A stretch of DNA of 64,000 bases, taken from NCBI RefSeq assembly GCF_006345805.1, contig NC_043002.1:66402001-66466000 (forward strand). Direction: 5' to 3'. Position numbers and translations under genes: made by a program. Shown here piece by piece: positions 13,371-27,972 of the stretch (position 1 is the stretch's first letter; the number at the start of each line of letters is the position of its first letter). The notes below the pieces were generated by a model. That model had not been told where the DNA came from. It made no database searches and saw only the letters and a list, made by a program, of their open reading frames with translations. Origin of the DNA: Octopus sinensis. Its lineage: Eukaryota.

Positions 13371-13937
13371 ATGCCTGGCGCAGTACCAAGCAGTGGCTCC
13401 CATGGCTTATGATCTTAACTGATTGGAAGTGTTAACATGTACTTTGTCTTGGTATAAAAGATGGGTGACAGCAAATATTCTGCCCGATACCAAAGACTTG
13501 CTAATTAGTTGCTTGACTCTAATCAGTTGAGCATGTCCCTTAGTGGCTAACGATATGATATATGCATCTCTGACCACGAGCAGGAATAGTGAGGGAGCAT
13601 CATAATCATGTGATGAGAAGAGAGATTCTTCGGGGTTTGAAAACATAGGTGTTTTGTTCATCATCCTAAAACAAACCTTATTTAGGGACCTTTTGAGCAG
13701 GACGGGCTACTCGACTCGAAGAAAATTCTAACTGGACCCCCACCTACAAAATCATGTACTGTTTATCTTGATATGAGGTCACCATGTTGTGCACATATGG
13801 TTGTAATGCATATCCTGTAATACTTAGATGGGTAAATCATGATAAGTATATCAGATGGGTAAACCATGATGAGTATATTGGGCTTCATATATTTGTACCC
13901 CAGTGTCATTTTGATAGCATGTGCTGCTCTCTCACTC
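13371..13937 (+). mobile_element. About 570-bp interspersed repeat (family H) embedded in an (AAT/GAT)n tract
   Basis: A second copy lies in reverse orientation at 54014-54870. Both copies have (AAT)n-type repeats on both sides. Confidence 0.8.
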
Positions 13938-14136
13938 AATAACAATAATGATGATGATGACGATGCAGAAGATATTATTAGAGAATAGGATGATCAGTGA
14001 AAAACTATATACTAATTGATATTATTTTCATGTCATTAAGATATATAAAAAGCAGCAACCCAACAGGAAAGTTTCAGAGATGATTTTGTTTAATATCAAG
14101 TTATCTTTGCTTGGATAGTCTTTAAGACTTAAACAT

Positions 14137-14347
14137 TTGAACTGGCCATACCCAGCCTAAATATTCAACCTGTTATATGTTCAAACTAGTGAGAGCTAGC
14201 CTCTCACACCTACCCTACAATGTCACTCTAAAAATAACAATCACATCACCAAGATCTTGAAATCACAAGGTAATGCATGATTAATTCAAAACAATGTGAA
14301 TAAATAAGGATTATATTTGGTAGAATAATTTGAATGCAAAAGGGTTA
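14137..14347. mobile_element. MITE family G ending in AAAGGGTT(AA); second copy at about 36745-36938
   Basis: Shared sequence cacacctaccctacaatgtca..aattaattcaaaacaatgtgaataaataag..aaagggtt. Confidence 0.6.
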
Positions 14348-17300
14348 AGGCTTATGCACGTGGACCCATTACTGTAAGGAACAGCTAATGAAGATACAAA
14401 TGTTACATAATCATTTCGAGTTACTATTCAGATAGATGTATCCTTATTGGTCTGTCTACTACATACAAAGGGAAATGCTACAAAGCATTCAAATAATGAA
14501 TCATAAATAACCACACAGAAATTAATAAGCTATTAATGTCATGGAGAAACATTGATTACACTTTAGAAGACAGAAGGACTGAAATGATAGGACAGCAATA
14601 GCCAGCTGAAATGTCAGAATTGCATTCTCTATGGTGGCCAAAAGTCACCAACACTGCATAGTGTTTGTAGGCAAGATACCGAGGTGTCCTAGTTCTAAGC
14701 AGGAACTGTGAATGGTAGAAATAATTCACTGCTGTATCCAGCAAGAGTAGTAGTATTAGTTGGAGTAGAGATTTAATGAGTATTCCATTGACTTGTGTAG
14801 CAAACCAATAAGAAGTTAGCAATATCACTGGAATCCCATAAGCAATGCACTGATATAGAAGCAGTGTGAAATTAAGTCTCTCTGATATATGCAAAACTTA
14901 AATGCTATAGAATATTTTTTTTTCAAATAGCTGGTTTCTTGTCTCATCAACTTGAACATTGGAAAAGTTATGTATTTTTCTGCATTGTGAATGTTTGATG
15001 ATCTCTCCTGAAAGACATTCAAATACTTCACAGTGGAATAACTACCAACTTTATACAAAATACAAATATACACAGTTTCTTAAAATAGAAACCTATAACT
15101 CATAAAGAGTATCTTAGCTTCTGAGTCAATTAGCAATGTTATAAAGCAAAGTGGTTCTTATTAAGAACTGAAACTGGGTCCTGAGCATATTTTAATGGCA
15201 AAAGCAATACGTAGTATACCTTGTGCTGCTTTTGCCATTAAAATGCAATTTATCAAAGTATCAAAGAGATAAAAAAAATTTTTCGTCAGATACTACCACA
15301 ATATGATAATAGACTTTCAGAAACTCAACCATAAATTTTGTGAAATAGATAACAGCTATTGAAATATGCATAGAGACCAAGATATTTCAAAACTAGTTTT
15401 ATTTTGACTATTTTATGCTGTCATAAACAAAGAACATACGCGAACAGTTGTTAATGATAACAAAGAACTTTTCTAATACAGTTATCTTTATTGGTTTGTG
15501 TGTTGAATAAAATGCAAAACACCTTATTACATACAGTGTTGGCTTGGTGGTTAGAGCACTGAAAAATATTACTTTACATAATACGGTTCAAAACTGCATT
15601 AAGTCATCCATCACTCTTCTCTATTCCACCCATAGGTAATGACAGATTTATTGATACTCAGCATACAGAATATTGAGAAAATCTGAGATGTTTACAGTAA
15701 CAAATTAGCAACATTAACCCTTATGCTACCAAATTTCAGCTGCAATACACTGACTTATTTCAATTAATTTTGCCAGTAAAAGAAAACTTCAGTAAAATAA
15801 TTTTGTCATCATTAAGCTGGTGTTTGGAATATAAATTAACACTGAATTTTAACAACCAAATGTTAAATGCCATAAGCCATTGGGCTGTCAAGGCGTCACA
15901 GGAAAAAAATTGTAAGTACTGATTCCAAGAAGAGGACATAAGTTACCTTTTCTTTATAACAAACCTTTGAGAGGATTTGAACTGAGCAATACAAACTGAA
16001 AAATAGTCACCAGTCACAAATCTTTCTCACTGTCTACTGTGATAAACTCCATATTGTATGATGATAATCTATTTACAGCTAAGTAGACTTGGCCATTGAG
16101 AGTTGTCAAGAACACTGAACCAAGAATAGAATGACAAAAATTAATGTGGAATTAATTAGCAACACTGGTGTTGTTTGGTGAGAAAGGAAAATTATGAATT
16201 CAGACTTAAAATCAATAACAATATTTCTAGCTGATTTATTAAATGGTTAAAGTATTGCTGCAGAGAGAATTCTGAAAATTTAATTTTTCGTTTGCCATCT
16301 GCAGAGATCTCAACAACTCTTCATAGCACATAAACTTGCTTAGTTCTGCAAACTATGATAAAAGGGATATGAGGTGTACAAACGGAAAAACTCTCAATCA
16401 ACTTTATATTAAAAGTAGGTGCTGGTCTACCATCACTCATCATTATCGTTTCACTGCTGGCATGGGTTGGACATAACTGTGAAATGACAAGTACTGGGTA
16501 GGTCATCCAGTTATAAAACAAGATATAAATTCTGAAATTTGGTCTTGCTTTAAAAAAAAGCAAATGCAAGCGTTTGAATTTCCCAAACATCAAATCACTG
16601 CAATGATGAAAGCTAATCTAACAATTCAGGAAATATGAAACAATGCCATAACAATATAGAAGTTGCTGACCTTAGCAAACATACAAGTACTGACTGGTAC
16701 TGGATAAGTATTTACAATGATCAAGTTCACAGACGTAATAAAAGACTTCAAATTTCATGAACATAATATATATATGTGTGTGTGTGTGACAGCTAAGCTA
16801 AATCTACAATGCATTTCATGAATTATATATATATACTGAAGAAAAAAGTTAATCTAATGATATTTTACAATGCATTAAGCCCTTTACTTAGTCAGCTTTT
16901 ACCAATTATTCAGGAAGTATATTTCTAAAGTCTTGTGTTTGGTTTACAAATGAATAAATAGCAGTAGACTGACCTAAAGTATTATAAGTATAATAGCAGC
17001 TATATATCATCATCACAATAAGCTATTGAGTAATAAATAGGAAATGTTTTGATGATGACACTAAGAACAAAAAAACAGCACAAATTATTGCGAGTCAACA
17101 ATATTGACTTATCCAGTTTCTGATATTAAATAAAGTATTAAACATATATAGTATGCCGATTAGTGACTCCAATTTTCTGGAGATACAAAATTTGATGTGT
17201 ATATAAACAAATTGGCTGCTTCTTTCTTTGGGATTGATCAAATGATGCTGATGAGACCCCAACACAAATCAAAAATCGATTAAGGCTGTTCATAATTTTT

Positions 17301-20165
17301 TTTCAATCTACGGAGGAATCAGTAAATTTTCTGTGTTTGTTCCACCCTATAGGTTTACATATAACCAAATATGTCAAGACAGTAGTTGCAAAGGGGAGGG
17401 GTGTTAAATGCTTGAATAAATTATGAATTTGTGTTTAATATGATTTACAGAGACTGAAAACAAACATATTCAAGGTTAATTTAGAGCAGAATGAAAATAA
17501 TGCCTTTTCTTTTTTTTAATTAGATTACTTGGTAGAACATGAAAAGTCTTATGAACCTTAATAACCAAACATGGCATCACTGAAGGCAGAGTTACTTGTC
17601 CAGAATGAATACCGATATGGTTTTAGATTTTATTTTTAGTGGTAGGTAAACAAAGATTAAATAATTAAAAAGATAGAAAGAAATATGCGTAAGTATAGTT
17701 CTAAAATGCTTCACATAGATATTATGGGATGCATTATTGTCAGCAATGTTTCTGAGGTCTTACACAGCATTTGGGGTTTTTTTTCAACTCAGATCCCATC
17801 ACCCAGTTGATCTAGCCAGGGTTGTTCAAATCCCAGCAGCAACAAAGCCATGGGGCTGCTCTCTTTATCCAAGGCCATCCACAGCTTTTTCTGTTACTTG
17901 ATTATTTTAATAAACAAATACTTAAATCGATTTCCAAGTTAAACAACTGATAAGAAGGCAGCAACATTCCACAGACACAACACTTCATAAACATTCTAGA
18001 AAGGTTTATCTTCAGCTTCATCAATCCTTTCAGCCCTCAATCTAATAACACCCTGCAAAGCTACAGACCCTTTCACTTAACAACCACCACCATACTGCAC
18101 ACAACAATCCTACTGTTATTAAAATATCTACTGATAAGGACATTTGAGACCATAAACAGAAATTAGCTTCTAGTAAATGTATTTCAGCATCTGTGAAACT
18201 GCTGTAACTCTAAATGACCATTTTTTTCCCCTCCTCACAATAAATGTTAGATGGTTTCAAAACCAACAGAAAACTACCATTACACACTATCTTAATTATC
18301 TTGGTCATTAAGATATTCCCAAGATAACAATAACTACATTGCAATATTTAAGCAGGACACATTATATTCAAGGAGACTAGAGACTGCCTAAGGTCTGGGA
18401 CTTCCTAAATGAGAAAGAATCATCTGATAAGCTACATTACTATCATCCCTCCTCCCCTTTTCTCCCTCTCTCTCTTCCTCCATCACAGCTACACTCCAGC
18501 TTCAGCCAGGCGTTTCAAAATTATTTGTTCCCCATAGTTGGATTCAAAGCAACACTGATCAAATTAATCATTGTCTTATTCATCAGCAACGTTACACCAC
18601 TTCATGCTGTAATAATCTCATATATTCAGCAACATTTACCATTCTGCATTATCTACAGCCTTCTCTCCTGTATTCAGTAGTGAATCCAAATCTTTCCCTT
18701 TCAGCCTATTAATTTCCAGATGACAGTTTACTGACAATATTTCACACTTTGCAAAGACGAAGCAATCAATAGGTTGCTGTTTTAGCCATAGGTCAACACT
18801 GATGAGCAGACCTATGATCAAAGGTACTCCAGCCATGACTGTCTTATGAGGAGTATGTAAGATTCTATTATCTAATCTGTACCTATCCTTATCTTATAAT
18901 AAAGATGCACCATTCAATGAAGATTTTTCGACTACAACTTTTGTTTTGTTGATAATTAAATCAAATTGTAGACAACTAGATTGAATTGTAGAGCACTCGA
19001 CTAAAGTATAGAAGAGCAGACCAAGCTGTAGAGTATTAGACTAAACATTTATGATATCTAGTTACATCTTGTTATATACACAATTTAAATCTCACTTGAG
19101 TCAGTTTTGTCGTTCACTCTTCTGGTAACAATAATGTAAGCAACAGCCATATACTGGGGTTGACGAAATCAACAACCCCTAATATGTGACATAATACAAA
19201 ATTTAGAAATTAATTTTTGAAAATGCTTGAACAGATTGCAGAAAGTACAAGCATATTGTGTGTAAAGAAAACATCAATTAATATTTTTAATATGTTAATT
19301 TAGCTAATATTGACATCATGCTTACTGTTTTACTAACTGCCCATAACATCTAATGCTCACTTCCCAGGTTTACACATAATTCAGTTAGCTCTGCTTGGCT
19401 GCATCTAACACCATTCTAAGCAATGGGGGTCACATAACATTGTGTTGTAATGCAAGTGTAAATGAAGCATATAGTTTAGAGATTAATCTGCCTTCTAATA
19501 CCAATCTAGTGTGTGTGTGTATTGGAAGAAAAGAGGTTATGATCAAATAGTGAAAGAGCAATAAGAATTAATTAGCCATTTCAGAGCGTGCAATATTTAA
19601 GCAATGCATTATTAATAGTGGGACGATAGATTAATATTAATAGCTAAATGCAATACCCAAACCTCAGATATTATATAAATACATGAAACTTGCATAATCT
19701 TAATTAGATATTAATGAACAGATAGAAAATGAGAAAAACAAAAGATAAGTTAGACAAACCAACAATAATAAACTAAAATAATCATTGTACAGATTTAGAA
19801 CTTATTTTACCTAGATTGATAACCTATTTACTGACGAACCAACAAGGATACCTGTACATGGGTGCTTAACCTGCTAGAAATAGCAACAAATCTCCTTTTA
19901 AAACACACCCCACTGTCTTAAAGATGGAAGGACATCTTGGATAATGTAGCCCCCGATACACAATGTTTTAAAGTAAGATGAGAATGAGCTTTGCTACAAT
20001 GCTTCTGATCATAGGCCAGCTCATTCAGGTGTGACTTGGGGTTAAACAGCAATCTATTTCTTGATGTAGAAGTTAGTGAAATTGCTATTTTAAAAATATT
20101 TGCAACTAATTGGTTGCATTTTAAAGTAGGTAAATACACTTTGTGGCTACACAGAATAGTGTTTG

Positions 20166-20203
<38 letters not shown>

Positions 20204-20477
20204 ATGCACACCTTTGAAACACAGAATAGATAAAACAAGGGACAACTGATGAAGGGAATGTTCTTTATATTGCCTGTCTCGCTTCTCTATTTGTTTCTTT
20301 TGTTGTTCAAAAAAAGTTCGTTTTCTATGTTTTTGCTTTTTATGTTCTCGTTTCTCATTTTGCTGACATTTTTTGATGTCCTATACCCATGTATGCATGT
20401 ATATATACATATATATGTAGGTGTGTACATATATGTATGTATATGTGCATATATTTATATATTATATTATGTTATGT

Positions 20478-20528
<51 letters not shown>

Positions 20529-20530
20529 TA

Positions 20531-20812
20531 CTCCTTTATTTGTTTCAGTCATTTGACTGCGGCCATGCTGGAGCACCAAATTTAGCCGAACAAATCGACC
20601 TCAGATCTTATTCTTTGGAAGCCTAGTATTTATTCTATCGGTTTCTTTTCCTGAACTGCTAAGTTACAGGGACATAATCACACCAGCATCGGTAGCCAAG
20701 CAATGGTGGGGTACAAACACAGACACACAAACATATATATAACGGGCTTCTTTCAGTTTCTGTCTACCAAATCTACTCACAAAGCTTAGGTCAGCTATAG
20801 TAGAAGACACTT
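20531..20812 (-). mobile_element. Family A SINE (tRNA head plus CORE-like domain), CpG-decayed
   Basis: Contains ttgtttcagtcatttgactgcggccatgctggagcac..gggcttctttcagtttc..agaagacactt. Confidence 0.8.
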
Positions 20813-23482
20813 ATTACCCCCTCCACTAAAATCTCCCCATGACCAGACATGATTTTCATAGACAACACTCATGAGAGTGATTCATGTTTACAATCATCAC
20901 CTGATGTTAAGACAAAAGTACATACACACACACACACACACAATGGGCTTCTTTCAGTTTCTATCAACAAAATTCACCAACAAGGATTTAGCTCACTTGG
21001 GAATATAGTAGAAAACACTTGTCCCAGGAGCTGTGTAGTGAGACTGATCCTAAAACCATATGGTTTCAAAGCAAGCTTCCTAGCCATACAGCCATCTCTG
21101 TAACTGACCGAATGCATATATACTACTGAAAGACATGATGCTGTAAATTTTATCTGAGAGAAAACTTTTCACAGAAATGCTGTGCTAAAAACACAATATA
21201 TATATCAAAGCGAAATGAATGTTTCAGCAGTGACTCACAAGAATCTCAGAAGCATTTCAACCTTCTCAGGCCTTGTCAACGATGTGTAACAAGTTGTCGC
21301 ATACCTAAATTAAATTTGTCCCTTTCAGTATATAGAGAAGAGTAGATAATACATTCGTTAATATTGTGGAAAAGTGACGAGGATGAAATAAACTTGGTGT
21401 ACACAGACATACACACATGCTGTGTATATGCACACACACACACACAATTTTATCAGCAAGGTCACTGAAGAGAGAATTCTATTCAAAGATTGACAGATTT
21501 ATGAAATAGTGTTTTCTCTAACATTTTTCAGAGAATTTAACAAAAAATAATTGTTCAAAATGTAAACAATGAAAACAAACTGATAACAATTATTAAACAA
21601 TTTTAAAATTGTTAAACAATGTTTGAAAAGTCCTATATATACAAATCATTTTAACCTATTTTTCTAGGTTAAGATTAGCAAAATTGTTTTCAAAAATTTG
21701 TTGAATTTGCTAATTTCTAAACAATTATTTTCATAGTTAGCAGTCAGAAGACTGCTAACATTGGTGTTCTTGGCAGAACCTTAGCTATTAAAGTTGGTAA
21801 TGGGTCCATTTAAAGTGATCTGTATTAAAAACGCTTTCACAAAAAATTCATGTTAATTAAAATTCCAAGCACCAGCGTAATAATGAAAAGATACAGAACA
21901 TTTTGCACACTCATTCATGATAGTTTCAGAAAAGGATTTCATGTCCTTGGAAGAATAAGAAGTGCCACAAGACACTACCTCTGCACCTGTGAGTGTTGTT
22001 GTCCAACTAAAAACTATCTGAAATACACTCCCAAAATATTTAGAGGTACACTTCTGTATGCAGGCATCCTAATACAAAGGCATAGTCTCTCTCTCTCTCT
22101 CTCACCATGAATGTCAAATCTATTTCCACTATACAACATTGTCATGGGTTGGTCAGCAGATGTGCTGGTTGGATAAAATAAATTTAACAGTTTGTCTGCG
22201 GAAATTAAAAAAAACAACTTCTATACTGCACAAGTGTTATGATCAAAATAGCAAAATATGGAAAATGAAATTCCTTTTAGTTTGGTCTGTTTCCATGTAT
22301 CTTTAACTACTCTGATCCTACAACCCTGGAGACAAACACTACATTTTACTGATGTTGGAAACCTTGAATTAATTGATTTACATACATATTTCTAAAACCT
22401 CTGGAGAGCTCCAAGCTAAATATTAATAAATCACTATATGTGTCATGAGGGTCCAAAGAGAGGCTCACAATAAATATAGTGCTTTAATCCACCAGGTGGT
22501 TGTGCTCTTTACATATAGTACAAGTGACTGGTGATGATTGAAATGAATTTTGCAGACTGATACAAAGTTAGATATTGCAATCAGGTATGATGAAATTTTA
22601 TCGGTTTCTAGGGAGAATGTTAATGGTTGCACTTTGCTCATGTAATTATTGATATAACTATCCAAATTAAAGTAATTCCAGTATTAAATTTGGAAAGTCC
22701 AAGAAAAAGTGGGTAAAAACACTCATGTATATTTTTTTAAAAAATAGAAAAGAGTAAAGGTGGTCTAAAGGAAGGGGCAGAGCATATAACCCTTGCAGAC
22801 ATTTCAAGACTGGTGAGGTTTATGCTGTTAATGTTCAAGTTTAAACTGGTGCAGGACACCTACAAGAGCAGGGTGGAAATTCCAGAAGGGGCCACCATTT
22901 TCAGGATAAAAGATTGAGCAGAGTGGTTGGATGCCTCAAGAGTGTGAATAGGTGGAGAGACAACTGGGAGGGGATTGCTTGAATGATGGAGGTATGGGAT
23001 CAACCAGCTCTGAAGTTACAGGAATTCTTTTAAGTCTTTTACAGGTTTCAGTGACTAAATTCTTATAAATACCATATTCAGAAGAATTTAGCATATTACA
23101 GCAACCCCGATACTTATTCCTGTCAGGGCACCAGCTCAATATATATCATGCACTGAGAATGAACCCAAAACTACACAGTTGCAAAGTGAACTTCATAACC
23201 ATAGTCATACATGCACACACACACACACGGATTGATCATTGTAAATGAGCATCACCATAATACAAGCACTGTTTTTTTTTTGTCTCCAATATATTGTGTA
23301 AACATGTCTGGCCACAAGGAAATATTACCTTGCTTGGAAAGAGGTGATGGTTGGTGATAGGAAAGGCATCCAGTAATACAAAATCTGCCTCAAAGAATTC
23401 TGCTCAATCCATGCAAGCATGGAAAAGTGGATGCTAAAATAAACGATGATGATTCCTACACCTGTCCATCTTTCTATTTATA

Positions 23483-23825
23483 TACTCTTTTACTTGTTTC
23501 AATCAATGGACTGTGCCCATGCTGGGGCACCACTTTGAAGGGTTAAGCTAATCAATCTCAGTACTTATTCCAAGTATGTCACTTATTGATTTCCTTTCTG
23601 TTGAATCACTAAATTGTGGGGAAACAAACAAACCTGCACCAGTTGTCAAGTAGGGAGAGACAAACAAACATGACAGGATTTAGCAGTTTTTGCCTGTCAA
23701 GTTTACTCCTAAAGTATTGGGCCAGCCCAGGGCTGGAGCAGAAGACACCTTGTCGAGATTGCTGTGTAATGGGGCTGAACTTGAAACCACAAAGTTGTGA
23801 AGCAAACTAACCATGCCTGCACCTA
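23483..23825 (-). mobile_element. Family A SINE, diverged
   Basis: Same consensus blocks, with many CpG-type transitions. Confidence 0.7.
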
Positions 23826-23881
23826 CACGCCCACACATGCATATTCTTAATATTTATAAGATATATATATATATATATATA

Positions 23882-24022
23882 TAGGCACAGGAGTGGCTGT
23901 GTGGTAAGAAGCTTGCTTCCCAACCACATGGTTTTGGGTTCAGTCTCACTGCATGGAACTCTGACAAGTGTCTTCTACTGTAGCCTCGGGCTGACCAAAG
24001 CCTTGTGAGTGGATTTGCCCGT

Positions 24023-24053
<31 letters not shown>

Positions 24054-24268
24054 GTGTGTGTATGTGTTTGCATTTGTCACCCCACCATCGTTTGACAACC
24101 AATGTTGGTGTGTTTACATCCCCGTAACTTGGCAGTTCGGCAAAAGCGACCAATAAAATAAGTATTGGGCTTACAAAGAATAAGTCCTGGGGGTGATTTG
24201 ATCAAGTAAAGGCGGTGCTCCAGCATGGCCACAGTCAAATGACTGAAACAAATAAAAGAGTAAAAGAA
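23882..24268 (+). mobile_element. Family A SINE, near full length
   Basis: Runs from aggcacaggagtggctgtgtggtaagaagcttgc to gtcaaatgactgaaacaaataaaagag. Confidence 0.85.
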
Positions 24269-25346
24269 TATATATATATATATATATATATACATACTCT
24301 GATGTTCTGAGTTCTATTTTTCTTGTTTGCATCGCCAAACATATGTATATATCATTTGTATATTATAATATTAATCTTCAGACTTTGTAGCCAAGTTAAA
24401 CTAAATCAAATTACATTATAACAAAGAAAACTAAACTGCTTGGAAGAAAAGCCAGTCACTGAGATCAGGTAATAAAAACAAAATATTTAAAAAATATAAA
24501 TATATGTATATATAAAATAAAGAGATGATATTTAAGATAAGTGGCATGTCAAAAGTAATGTCCTAGAAACTACAGTAGGCTTTTGAGTTTTGTGTTATGA
24601 ACAGCAGCTCCGAACGAACAAGCGGAGAAGGCTACGCATAGTTACTTTTAAAAACCTTCAATTAGATAAACACAGGAATGTTTGCTATTTCCTTCTTCAT
24701 ATTTTATTTCAATAAAGATCTCCACCCTCTCACCAGTTTCTTAATACCTTTTAATTTGTGGCACCTTGATTCTAATTGTAGATTATATTTAAATCATTTT
24801 ACACATAACTGTAGCTTGTAAAAGCTTTAAACTTTCTTTATTATTATTGTTGTTTTTTTTTTGCTTGTTTCGTTAAGAAAAAAAAATATTTCCTGTGAAT
24901 ACATTAGAAAAAAAAAGTTCATTGAAACATCATATTTAAAGAAAAAAAAGAAGGTATGGTCAAATACAAATACAACGGTATTTACAAAAAGAAAATCTTT
25001 TCAGAAAAATGTGTTAACAAAAGACTTTCTCCAGTCTGAGTCAGTGTTTATGATATGACAACTGAAAGTGTAGTCTATTTTCATATGGGAAGACTATGAT
25101 TGGCAACTGAAGCATACGTACACAGTGGAGAAATGCTAAAATGAGGTTAATTTATGCATTCATCATTGCAGGGGCTATGGCTATGCCTGCTACTTTGTGC
25201 AGCAGAGACCAGATAGATTTATATTGTAACATTCCCCAACTTTTCAATTTTTTAAATTCTACAATGATCCTCAATTAATTCACTTAATGATATTCATCAT
25301 TATCAACTCATGACTTCAAATTTCTTTAATTATAACATATATATAT

Positions 25347-25389
<43 letters not shown>

Positions 25390-27774
25390 ATATATATATA
25401 TATGAAAGGAAGAGGAATGTAAAGAATTTAAAAAATTTGAAACTAGAACAAAAGTATTCGATTAAAGTTAATTTAATTCCAGTATATCTAAGAGTTAATA
25501 GTAAGAAAAGGAAAAGACCCCCCCCCAACCTCACCCTAAAAAATAAATGAATAAAGAAGCATTGGCTTGAATTTTAAAACATGCTTTGTATAATTTCGTC
25601 TGCGAGAACTGAAGTTGTTTCAGCTCAATAATAACCAAACTGTTTTGACAAATGGTATGTGCATCAGTTAGGAGAAGAGGATGATGGCGGGGGAGGGGGG
25701 TTATAATAGAAAGCATGGCTAACCATAAGAGATGTTGTTGATATTTGGACTACTGCAGTCACTATAGAGAATTTAACATCAATAATGTTAGAATGTTTAA
25801 CTAATTATTCATGTAATGTGTATGTGTTATAGGAACTTGTATATTCTTTAACCTTTCTATTACCACATTTCTGTTGAAACACACTGCTTTGTTACAGCTA
25901 ATTTTGGAAATAATCAAGAATTTAGTAAAATAACTTTGACATTATTAAGATGGCATTTAGAAGATAAATTAGTATAAAGTTTTGATGGAAAGTTTTAATT
26001 TAGGTCATTTTAAAACAAAGAAGTTTCTATCAAAGAACCAGGGGCAATCTCAGGGTTAAAATACGGAAATCAAATAAAAGATATATTAAGACTTGTAGAA
26101 CATTTTTTTTACTGTAAAAAGTACTTTTAGTTAATTTTAGTCATCACAGCTAAGACTTTACTGGAATACTGCTTTCAGTTGTGGATTTAAAATTTTTTAG
26201 TAAAAATGTATTCAAAATTTCAAAACTGAAAGGATGTTGACAAACTAATATGTAGATTAATTATAGCCAGGAATTACCTAAAATTGAACTTTTAGACTAT
26301 TTCATATAGCAAGACTGATAAAAAAAATTAAAAAAACTGGCACACCATTGGTTAGTTATGACAAATGTTCCAGTTGATCTGATCAATGGAACAGCCTGCC
26401 CATGAAATCAAATTGCAAGTAGCAGAGCACTCTACAGATATTCATGTCCTTAAAGTAGTTTTCAGTGAGATTTAGCATGACACAATGCACCAAAAACGGC
26501 TCTTTGAAATACAGGTACAACTCGTCTTTGCCAAATGAGCAACATGAAATAGAGTGTCTTGCTCAAGGACACAGCATCATGTCACCAGGTATTGAGCTCA
26601 TTTTTAGCCAAATACCCAAATCATTTATCAACATGCCTTAACAGCATGACTGATGGAAACCTACCGAATGTGAAATTACATCCAGTTTTGTGTAACTAAA
26701 ACCCTTCTTCCCTTTCTGAGTATTTCTCCCAAGAAACACATTTTTATTTCGCAAACTCTTCTGGCACATGTTAGACCCCCTTGGGGTTCACAGAGCACCG
26801 AGTGAAGAACACTGATGCAAAGAAGGCTTCAAATAACGCAGAAGTTTTTAAACAGACAAATATTCTGATTAAAAATAGTGCTTACTTAACAGTCATTTTT
26901 AACCACAGTATAGGTACCCATATATGAAGCACCCATATAATGAAGAATATAGCAAGACAAAGTAAATTAATTTTAGAAATCTCCATGCTTGTTTTCATTG
27001 AAGGTTGTTAATAACCATAGCAACCAAAGATTTGAAGTGATGTGATTAATCTTAGGCATTTTATGTTAGAAAGCACCTGCATAATTTAATAGAAAATCTT
27101 TAATAACTGCTAGTTTGAAGTAAAACACAAAAACCAAATCTGATTTATTTCCTGCTAAGTTGGGTGAAAAAGCCGAATATTTGAAATATAAAAATTAATG
27201 ATGTCTACTCTCATAAAAAGGAACTTGGTTGTTACTTTAGCCACATTAGATAGTAAAACACAGAGAGAGTACAGAATTATATTTTCTGGCAACAATTTGA
27301 TGTATGGATCGTGTATTTAAAGAGAATCTATAGTCAATCGTTCATGTGGAATTCATTATCTTACAGGAAACTATTCACTATTATTATTCTAAATATTTAT
27401 TTACACAAGAAATAACTCAAATACGAAGACAAGGGAATTTCCAATAATAGCAGATGGTATCTTAAAAAAATACAAAATATTTAACAATACACATGCTGAA
27501 AACTGTACAACAGCAAGCTGCATTAATGACTTAAAAGAACAAAAAACAAAAACAATAAATAAAATATAAATCTGAGAACAAATGAAGATGAAGTATTGCT
27601 AAAAATTTATTCTTGGTGCCTGTTATTTGCTTAAAAGAAAAAAAAAAACCAATTTTTTAAAAATAAAAGTGAATAAGAAATGTTCTTAATTTCTATTTTG
27701 AATGATTTGGAGTACAAGTTGGTATGGTTTTAAAGTAATTGAAATAATGGCGATTTACATTTTTCAGGAAACAA

Positions 27775-27972
27775 ATCATCATTTAATATCCATTTTGCAT
27801 ATTGGCATGGGTTGGATGGTTTGGCAGGATCCAGGTGAGCCACTGGTGTGTGTTCAAAGCCAGCTTTGGCATGGTTTCTATGACTGGATGCCTTTCCTAA
27901 CAACACCTATTTCACAGTGGTGCACTGGGACGCTGTTTTCATGTCACCAACACTAGTGAGGTAGCCAAGTAA
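27775..27972 (-). mobile_element. Family I repeat with a (GAT)n-ending tail. Other copies near 6143-6330, 28330-28528, 29750-29885, 39110-39388, 41299-41602
   Basis: Shared ggcatgggttgga..tttggcatggtttcta..ggatgcc(c)ttcctaa block. Confidence 0.65.

Noticed and set aside
22840-22920. Short frame LVQDTYKSRVEIPEG, faintly like an RTE reverse transcriptase
   Set aside because: It is too short and has no neighbouring RT motifs.
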